Shown in pieces: positions 1 to 10,396 of a DNA stretch of 64,000 bases (its first letter is position 1; each line of letters begins with the position of its first letter). A program made the translations under genes and the position numbers. Origin of the DNA: Eledone cirrhosa (lineage: Eukaryota); assembly GCA_964016885.1 (NCBI GenBank), contig OZ024744.1:123318001-123382000 (forward strand). Reading direction: 5' to 3'. The notes beneath the pieces are model-generated. The model saw nothing but the letters and a program-made list of their open reading frames with translations. It did no database searches and had not been told where the DNA came from.

Positions 1-700
1 GTTAACTCTCAACATAGAAATGTTACTAGTTAACTCGCAACATAACAGTTTTACTAGTTAACCCGCAACATAACAGTTTTGCTAGTTAACTATCAACATA
101 ACAGTCATAGTTTTACTAATTAACTCTCAACATAACAGTTTTACTAGTTAACTCTCAGCATAACAGCTTTACTAGTTAATTATACACATAACAGTTTTAC
201 TATTTAACTATCAACATAACAGATAGTTTTACTGGTTAACTCTCAACATAACAGTTTCAATAGTTAACTATCAACATAACAGTCATAATTTTACTAGGTA
301 ACTATCAACAAAGTAGTTTTACTAGTTAACTCTCAACATAACAGTTTTACTAGTTAAGTCTCAGCATAACAGCTTTACTAGTTGATTATCAACATAACAG
401 TTTCACTAGTTAACTATCAACATAACAGTTTTACTAGTTAACTATCAACATAACAGTTATAGTTTTACTAGTTAACTATCAACATAACAGTTATAGTTTT
501 ACTAGTTAACTATCAACATAACAGTTTTACTAGTTAACTCTGAACATAACAGTTTTATTAGTTAACTATCAACATAACAGTTATAGTTTTAATAGTTAAC
601 TCTCAACATAACAGTTTTACTAGTTAACTCGCAACGTAACAGTTTTACTGGTTAACTCTCAACATAACAGTTTTACTAGTTAACTATCAGCATAAAAGCT

Positions 701-718
701 TTGATAGTTAACTATCAA
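701..718. other. Perfect 18-bp palindrome TTGATAGTTAACTATCAA (recurs in each HOR head block)
   Basis: Sequence equals its own reverse complement. Confidence 0.95.
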
Positions 719-2566
719 CATAAAAGTTTTAATAGTTAACTATCAACATAACAGTTATAGTATTACGAGTTAACTCTCAACATAGTAGTTTTACTAGTTA
801 ACTCTCTGCATAACAGCTTTACTAGCTAACTATCAACATAACAGTTTTACTATTTAACTATCAACATAACAGATAGTTTTACTGGTTAACTCTCAACATA
901 ACTATTTGACTAGTTAACTATCAACATAAGTGTTATAGTTTTACTAGGTAACTATCAACATAGTAGTTTTACTAGTTAACTCTCAACATAACAGTTTTAC
1001 TAGTTAACTCGCAACGTAACAGTTTTACTAGTTAACTATCAACATAATTAGTTTTACTAGCTAACTATCAACATAACAGATATAGTTTTACTAGTTAACT
1101 ATCAACATAGTATTTTTTACTACGTAACTCTCAACATAACAGTTTTACTAGTTAACTCTCAACATAAAAGTTTTACTATTTAACTAGCAACATAAGAGTT
1201 TTACTAGTTAACTCGCAACATAACAGTTTTACGTGTTAACTCTCAGCATAACAGTTATAGATGTACTAGTTAACTATCAACATAAAAGATATAGTTTTAC
1301 TAGCTATCAACATAAGTTATAGTTTTACTAGTTAGCAATCAACATAGCAGTTTTACTAGTTAACTATCAACATAACAGTTATGGTTTTACTAATTACATA
1401 TCAACATAACAGTTTTACTAGTTAACACACAAGATAACAGTTTTACTAGTTAACTCTCAGCATAACAGTTTTACTAGTTAACTCGTAACATAACATTTTA
1501 CGAGTTAACTATCAACATAACATATATAGTATTACTAGTTAACTCTGCAAATAATAGTTTTACTAGTTAACTATCAACATAACAGTTATATTTTTACTAG
1601 TTAACTCTCAACATAACAGTTTTGCTAGTTAACTATCAACATAACACTTTTACTAGTTAAGTACTAACATAACAGTTATAGTTTTACTAGTTAACTATCA
1701 ACATAACAGTTTTACTAGTCAATTCTCAACATAACAGTTTTACTAGTTAACTCTCAGCATAAAAGTTTTACTAGTTAACTATCAACATAACAGTTTTAAC
1801 AGATAACTATCAACATAACAGTTATAGTTATACAAGTTACCTAATACCATGAGAGTTTTACTAGTTAACTATCGACATAACAGTTATAGATTTACTAGTT
1901 AACTATCAAGATAGTAGTTTTACTAGTTAACTCTCAACATAACAATTTTACTAGTTAACTCGCAACATAACAGTTTTACTAGTTAACTCGCAGCATAACA
2001 CTTTTGCTAGTTAACTATCAACATAACAGTTATAGATTTACTAATTAACTCTCAACATAACAGTATACTAGTTAACTCTCAGCATAACAGCTTTACTAGA
2101 TAACTATCAACATAACAGTTTTACTATTTAACTATCAACATAACAGATAGTTTTACTGGTTAACTCTCAACATAACAGTTTTACTAGTTAACTCTCAACA
2201 TAGAAATGTTACTAGTTAACCCGCAACATAACAGTTTTGCTAGTTAACTATCAACATAACAGTCATAGTTTTACTAATTAACTCTCAACATAACAGTTTT
2301 ACTAGTTAACTCTCAGCATAACAGCTCTACTAGTTAATTATACACATAACAGTTTTACTATTTAACTATCAACATAACAGATAGTTTTACTGGTTAACTC
2401 TCAACATAACTATTTGACTAGTTAACTATCAACATAAGTGTTATAGTTTTACTAGGTAACTATCAACATAGTAGTTTTACTAGTTAACTCTCAACATAAC
2501 AGTTTTACTAGTTAACTCGCAACGTAACAGTTTTACTAGTTAACTCTCAACATAACAGTTTTACTA

Positions 2567-3715
2567 GTTAACTCTCAGCATAAAACTTTTGCTAGTTAAC
2601 TATCAATATAACAGTTTTACTAGTTAACTATAAACATAACATTTATAGTTTTACTAGTTAACTATCAACATAACAGTTATAGTTTTACTAGTTAACTCTC
2701 AACATAAAAGTTATACTAGTTAACTCTCAATATTAGTTTTACTAGTTAACTCACAACATAACAATTTTAGAAGTTAACTCTCAGCGTATCAATTTTGCTA
2801 GTTAACTATCAACATAATAGTTGTACTAGTTAACTATCAACATAACAGTTATAGTTTTAGTAGTTAATTATCAACATAACAGTTTTACTAGTTAACTCAC
2901 AATATAACAGTTTTACTAGTTAACTATCAGCATAACAGTTTTACTAGTTAACTATCAACATAACAATTTTACTAGTTAACTCTCAACATAACAGTTTTAC
3001 TAGTTACCTCTCAGCATAACAGTTTTGCTAGTTAACTATCAACATAACAGTTATAGATTTACTGGTTAACTATCAACATAACAGTTTTACTAGTTAACTA
3101 TCAACATAACAGTTATAGGTTTACTAGTTACATATCAACATAACAGTTTTACTAGTTAACTCTCAACATAACAGTTTTACTAGTTAACTGTCAGCATAAA
3201 ACTTTTGCTAGTTAACTATCAATATAACAGTTTTACTAGTTAATTATACACATAACATTTATAGTTTTACTAGTTAACTATCAACATAACAGTTATAGTT
3301 TTACTAGTTAACTCTCAACATAAAAGTTATACTAGTTAACTCTCAATATTAGTTTTACTAGTTAACACACAACATAACAATTTTAGAAGTTAACTCTCAG
3401 CGTATCAATTTTGCTAGTTAACTATCAACATAATAGTTGTACTAGTTAACTATCAACATAACAGTTATAGTTTTACTAGTTAATTATCAACATAACAGTT
3501 TTACTAGTTAACCCACAATATAACAGTTTTACTAGTTAACTATCAGCATAACAGTTTTACTAGTTAACTATCAACATAACAATTTTACTAGTTAACTCTC
3601 AACATAACAGTTTTACTAGTTACCTCTCAGCATAACAGTTTTGCTAGTTAAATATCAACATAACAGTTATAGATTTACTAGTTAACTATCAACATAACAG
3701 TTTTACTAGTTAACT
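2567..3715. repeat. Nested tandem duplication, period 616 bp, inside every long and short HOR
   Basis: TCAGCATAAAACTTTTGC at 2575/3191, AGAAGTTAACTCTCAGCGTATCAATT at 2769/3385, AGATTT at 3055/3671: all offset by 616. Confidence 0.9.
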
Positions 3716-3968
3716 CACAATATAACAGTTTTACTAGTTAACTCACCACATAAAGGTTTTACTAGTTAACTATCAACATAAAAGATAGTTTTACTAGCTA
3801 ACTATCAACATAACAGTTATAGTTTTACTAGTTAGCAATCAACATAGCAGTTTTACTAGTTAACTATCAACATAACAGTTATAGGTTTACTAGTTACATA
3901 TCAACATAACAGTTTTATTAGTTAAATCTCAACATAAGTTTTACTAGTTAACTCTCAAGATAACAGTT

Positions 3969-3986
3969 TTACTAGTTAACTAGTAA
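3969..3986. other. Perfect 18-bp palindrome TTACTAGTTAACTAGTAA (also 5751-5768 and equivalents in other HORs)
   Basis: Sequence equals its own reverse complement. Confidence 0.95.
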
Positions 3987-5518
3987 CATAACATTTTACT
4001 AGTTAACTATCAACATAACAGATATAGTTTTACTAATTAACTCTGAACATAACAGTTTTACTAGTTAACTATCAACATAACAGTTATAGTTTTACTAGTT
4101 AACTCTCAACATAATAGTTTTACTAGTTAACTGGCAACATAACAGTTTTACTAGTTAAATCTCAACATAACAGTTTTGCTAGTTAACTCTCATGATAACA
4201 GTTTTGCTATTTAACTTTCAACATAACAGTTTTACTAGTTAACTCTCAACATAACAGTTTTACTAGTTAATTCTCAGCATAACAGTTTTGCCAGTTAACT
4301 ATCAACATAAAAGTTATAGTTTTACTAGTTAACTATACACATAACAGTTTTACTAGTTAACTCACAATATAACAGTTTTGCTAGTTAACTATCAACATAA
4401 CAGTTTTACGAGTTAAATATCAACATAATTAGTTTTACTAGTTAACTATCAACATAACAGATATAGTTTTACTAGCTAATTATCAACATAACAGTTATAG
4501 TTTTACTAGTTAACTATCAACATAGTATTTTTTTACTACCTAACTCTCAACATAACAGTTTTATTAGTTAACTCTCAACATAAAAGTTTTACTATTTAAC
4601 TCGCAACATAAGAGTTTTCCTAGTTAACTCGCAACAACAGTTTTACGACTTAACTCTCAGCATAAAGTTTTACTAGTTAACTATCAACATAACAGTTTTA
4701 CTAGTTAACTATCAACATAACAGCTATAGATTTACTAGTTAACTATCAACATAACAGTTTTACTAGTTAACTCACAATATAACAGTTTTACTAGTTAACT
4801 CTCAGCATAAAGGTTTTACTAGTTAACTATCAACATAACAATTTTATAGTTAACTCTCAGCATAACAGTTTTGTTAGTTAACTATCACCATGAGAGTTTT
4901 ACTAGTTAACTATCAACATAAAAGATATAGTTTTACTAGCTATCAACATAACAGTTATAGTTTTACTAGTTAGCAATCAACATAGCAGTTTTACCAGTTA
5001 ACTATCAACATAACGGTTATAGTTTTACTAGTTACATAGCAGAACAGTTTTATTAGTTAACTCTCAACATAACAGTTTTACTAGTTACCTCTCAAGATAA
5101 CAGTTTTACTAGTTAACTCTCAGCATAACAGTTTTACTAGTTAACTATCAACATAACAGTTTTATTAGTTAACTCGTAACATAACATTTTACTAGTTAAC
5201 TATCAACATAACAGATATAGAATTACTAGTTAACTCTGAACATAACAGTTTTACTAGTTAACTATCAACATAACAGTTAGTTTTACTAGTTAACTCTCAA
5301 CATAATAGTTTTACTAGTTAACTCGCAACATAACAGTTTTACTAGTTAACTCTCAACATAACAGTTTTACTAGTTAACTCTCAAAATAACAGTTTTGCTA
5401 TTTAACTTTCAACATAACAGTTTTACTAGTTAACTATCAACATAACAGTTTTACTAGTTAACTATCAACATAACAGTTATGGTTTTACTAATTACATATC
5501 AACATAACAGTTTTACTA

Positions 5519-6040
5519 GTTAACTCACCACATAAAGGTTTTACTAGTTAACTATCAACATAAAAGATAGTTTTACTAGCTAACTATCAACATAACAGTT
5601 ATAGTTTTACTAGTTAGCAATCAACATAGCAGTTTTACTAGTTAACTATCAACATAACAGTTATAGGTTTACTAGTTACATATCAACATAACAGTTTTAT
5701 TAGTTAACTCTCAACATAAGTTTTACTAGTTAACTCTCAAGATAACAGTTTTACTAGTTAACTAGTAACATAACATTTACTAGTTAACTATCAACATAAC
5801 AGATATAGTTTTACTAATTAACTCTGAACATAACAGTTTTACTAGTTAACTATCAACATAACAGTTATAGTTTTACTAGTTAACTCTCAACATAATAGTT
5901 TTACTAGTTAACTGGCAACATAACAGTTTTACTAGTTAAATCTCAACATAACAGTTTTACTAGTTAACTCTCATGATAACAGTTTTGCTATTTAACTTTC
6001 AACATAACAGTTTTACTAGTTAACTATCAACATAACAGTT
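5519..6040. repeat. Dispersed internal duplicate of ~3737-4260 (offset 1782 bp), long-class specific
   Basis: ACTCACCACATAAAGG at 3741 and 5523, followed by the same variant series (TAGCAATC, CTAGTAAC, CTGGCAAC, CTCATGAT, CTTTCAAC). Confidence 0.88.
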
Positions 6041-6395
6041 TTACTAGTTAACTATCAGCATAACAGATATAGTTTTACTAGTTTAACTCTCAACATAAGA
6101 GTTTTACTAGTTAACTATCAACATAACAGTTATAGTTTTACTAGTTAACTCTCAACATAATAGTTTTACTAGTTAACTCACAACATAAAAGTTATACTAG
6201 TTAACTCTCAAGATAATAATTTTACTAGTTAACTCACAACATAACACTTTTACTAGTTAACTCTCAGCATAACAGTTTTGCTATTTAACTATCAACATAA
6301 CAGTTTTACTAGTTAACTCACAACATAACAGCTTTACTAGTTAACTCTCAACATAAAAGTTTTACTAGTTAATTCTCAGCATAAAGGTTTTACTA

Positions 6396-6457
6396 GTTAA
6401 CTCTCAGCTAGTTAACTCTTTGTTAGTTAACTATCTTTACTAGTTAACTCTTTGTTA
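6396..6457. repeat. Block of four truncated monomers (15+15+17+15 bp); also at 19577, 27472, 47318, 55089
   Basis: GTTAACTCTCAGCTA GTTAACTCTTTGTTA GTTAACTATCTTTACTA GTTAACTCTTTGTTA. Confidence 0.93.
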
Positions 6458-7770
6458 GTTAACTATCAACATGAGAGTTTTACTAGTTAACTATCAACAT
6501 AAAAGATATAGTTTTACTAGCTATCAACATAACAGTTATAGTTTTACTAGTTATCAATCAACATAGCAGTTTTACCAGTTAACTATCAACATAACGGTTA
6601 TAGTTTTACTAGTTACATAGCAGAACAGTTTTATTAGTTAACTCTCAACATAACAATTTTACTAGTTACCTCTCAAGATAACTGTTTTACTAGTTAACTC
6701 TCAGCATAACAGTTTTACTAGTTAACTATCAACATAACAGTTTTACTAGTTAACTATCAACATAACAGTTAGTTTTACTAGTTAACTCTCAACATAATAG
6801 TTTTACTAGTTAACTCGCAACATAACAGTTTTACGAGTTAACTCTCAACATAATAGTTTTACTAGTTAACTCGCAACATAACAGTTTTACTAGTTAACTC
6901 TCAACATAACAGTTGTACTAGTTAACTCTCAAAATAACAGTTTTGCTATTTAACTTTCAACATAACAGTTTTACTAGTTAACTATCAACATAACAGTTTT
7001 ACTAGATAACTATCAACATAACAGTTTTACTAGTTAACTCTCAGCATAACAGTTTTACTAGTTAACTCGTAACATAACATTTTACTAGTTAACTATCAAC
7101 ATAACATATATAGCTTTACTAGTTAACTCTGCAAATAATAGTTTTACTAATTAACTATCAACATAACAGTTATAGTTTTACTAGTTAACTCTCAACATAA
7201 CAGTTTTGCTAGTTAACTATCAACATAACACTTTTACTAGTTAAGTACTAACATAACAGTTATAGTTTTACTAGTTAACTATCAACATAACAGTTTTACT
7301 AGTCAACTCTCAACATAACAGTTTTACTAGTTAACTCTCAGCATAAAAGTTTTACTAGTTAACTATCAACATAACAGTTTTAACAGATAACTATCAACAT
7401 AACAGTTATAGTTATACAAGTTACCTAATACCATGAGAGTTTTACTAGTTAACTATCGACATAACAGTTATAGATTTACTAGTTAACTATCAAGATAGTA
7501 GTTTTACTAGTTAACTCTCAACATAACAATTTTACTAGTTAACTCGCAACATAACAGTTTTACTAGTTAACTCGCAGCATAACACTTTTGCTAGTTAACT
7601 ATCAACATAACAGTTATAGATTTACTAATTAACTCTCAACATAACAGTATACTAGTTAACTCTCAGCATAACAGCTTTACTAGATAACTATCAACATAAC
7701 AGTTTTACTATTTAACTATCAACATAACATATAGTTTTACTGGTTAACTCTCAACATAACAGTTTTACTA

Positions 7771-10396
7771 GTTAACTCTCAACATAGAAATGTTACTAGT
7801 TAACTCGCAACATAACAGTTTTACTAGTTAACCCGCAACATAACAGTTTTGCTAGTTAACTATCAACATAACAGTCATAGTTTTACTAATTAACTCTCAA
7901 CATAACAGTTTTACTAGTTAACTCTCAGCATAACAGCTTTACTAGTTAATTATACACATAACAGTTTTACTATTTAACTATCAACATAACAGATAGTTTT
8001 ACTGGTTAACTCTCAACATAACAGTTTCAATAGTTAACTATCAACATAACAGTCATAATTTTACTAGGTAACTATCAACAAAGTAGTTTTACTAGTTAAC
8101 TCTCAACATAACAGTTTTACTAGTTAAGTCTCAGCATAACAGCTTTACTAGTTGATTATCAACATAACAGTTTCACTAGTTAACTATCAACATAACAGTT
8201 TTACTAGTTAACTATCAACATAACAGTTATAGTTTTACTAGTTAACTATCAACATAACAGTTTTACTAGTTAACTCTGAACATAACAGTTTTATTAGTTA
8301 ACTATCAACATAACAGTTATAGTTTTAATAGTTAACTCTCAACATAACAGTTTTACTAGTTAACTCGCAACGTAACAGTTTTACTGGTTAACTCTCAACA
8401 TAACAGTTTTACTAGTTAACTATCAGCATAAAAGCTTTGATAGTTAACTATCAACATAAAAGTTTTAATAGTTAACTATCAACATAACAGTTATAGTATT
8501 ACGAGTTAACTCTCAACATAGTAGTTTTACTAGTTAACTCTCTGCATAACAGCTTTACTAGCTAACTATCAACATAACAGTTTTACTATTTAACTATCAA
8601 CATAACAGATAGTTTTACTGGTTAACTCTCAACATAACTATTTGACTAGTTAACTATCAACATAAGTGTTATAGTTTTACTAGGTAACTATCAACATAGT
8701 AGTTTTACTAGTTAACTCTCAACATAACAGTTTTACTAGTTAAGTCTCAGCATAACAGCTTTACTAGATAACTATCAACATAACAGTTTTACTATTTAAC
8801 TATCAACATAACATATAGTTTTACTAGTTAACTATCAGCATAAAAGCTTTGATAGTTAACTATCAACATAAAAGTTTTAATAGTTAACTATCAACATAAC
8901 AGTTATAGTATTACGAGTTAACTCTCAACATAGTAGTTTTACTAGTTAACTCTCTGCATAACAGCTTTACTAGCTAACTATCAACATAACAGTTTTACTA
9001 TTTAACTATCAACATAACAGATAGTTTTACTGGTTAACTCTCAACATAACTATTTGACTAGTTAACTATCAACATAAGTGTTATAGTTTTACTAGATAAC
9101 TATCAACATAGTAGTTTTACTAGTTAACTCTCAACATAACAGTTTTACTAGTTAACTCGCAACGTAACAGTTTTACTAGTTAACTATCAACATAATTAGT
9201 TTTACTAGCTAACTATCAACATAACAGATATAGTTTTACTAGTTAACTATCAACATAGTATTTTTTACTACGTAACACTCAACATAACAGTTTTACTAGT
9301 TAACTCTCAACATAAAAGTTTTACTATTTAACTAGCAACATAAGAGTTTTACTAGTTAACTCGCAACATAACAGTTTTACGTGTTAACTCTCAGCATAAC
9401 AGATATAGATGTACTAGTTAACTATCAACATAAAAGATATAGTTTTACTAGCTATCAACATAAGTTATAGTTTTACTAGTTAGCAATCAACATAGCAGTT
9501 TTACTAGTTAACTATCAACATAACAGTTATGGTTTTACTAATTACATATCAACATAACAGTTTTACTAGTTAACACACAAGATAACAGTTTTACTAGTTA
9601 ACTCTCAGCATAACAGTTTTACTAGTTAACTCGTAACATAACATTTTACTAGTTAACTATCAACATAACATATATAGTTTTACTAGTTAACTCTGCAAAT
9701 AATAGTTTTACTAGTTAACTATCAACATAACAGTTATATTTTTACTAGTTAACTCTCAACATAACAGTTTTGCTAGTTAACTATCAACATAACACTTTTA
9801 CTAGTTAAGTACTAACATAACAGTTATAGTTTTACTAGTTAACTATCAACATAACACTTTTACTAGTTAAGTACTAACATAACAGTTATAGTTTTACTAG
9901 TTAACTATCAACATAACAGTTTTACTAGTCAATTCTCAACATAACAGTTTTACTAGTTAACTCTCAGCATAAAAGTTTTACTAGTTAACTATCAACATAA
10001 CAGTTTTAACAGATAACTATCAACATAACAGTTATAGTTATACAAGTTACCTAATACCATGAGAGTTTTACTAGTTAACTATCGACATAACAGTTATAGA
10101 TTTACTAGTTAACTATCAAGATAGTAGTTTTACTAGTTAACTCTCAACATAACAATTTTACTAGTTAACTCGGAACATAACAGTTTTACTAGTTAACTCG
10201 CAGCATAACACTTTTGCTAGTTAACTATCAACATAACAGTTATAGATTTACTAATTAACTCTCAACATAACAGTATACTAGTTAACTCTCAGCATAACAG
10301 CTTTACTAGATAACTATCAACATAACAGTTTTACTATTTAACTATCAACATAACATATAGTTTTACTGGTTAACTCTCAACATAACAGTTTTACTA
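7771..10396. repeat. HOR unit 2, mini class (2626 bp)
   Basis: Marker at 7771 and 10397. Equals the 2186-bp head block plus a 412-bp duplication plus a 62-bp duplication minus one 34-mer. Confidence 0.92.

Larger units (their letters stand above)
1..7770. repeat. HOR unit 1, long class (7770 bp)
   Basis: Marker GTTAACTCTCAACATAGAAATGTTACTAGTTAACTCGC at 1 and again at 7771. Order of variant monomers matches units 4, 5, 8 and 9. Contains the truncated-monomer block at 6396. Confidence 0.93.

Noticed and set aside
450-500. Myb-type site CAGTTA (TAACTG) in 34-bp monomers; SpeI/HpaI sites in most monomers
   Set aside because: Six-base matches in AT-rich repeats carry no evidence of function; useful only as restriction tools.
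1825-1860. Highly diverged stretch TACAAGTTACCTAATACCATGAGAG as a possible foreign insertion or transposon footprint
   Set aside because: It aligns in register to a monomer with several substitutions, with no added length and no target-site duplication.
3969-3986. Resemblance of ACTAGTTAACTAGT to the E. coli trp operator core (TrpR site), or a synthetic operator array
   Set aside because: The full match occurs in only one or two monomers per HOR, there is no bacterial gene or vector context, and the layered natural divergence argues against a construct. Most likely a coincidence of an AT-rich palindrome.
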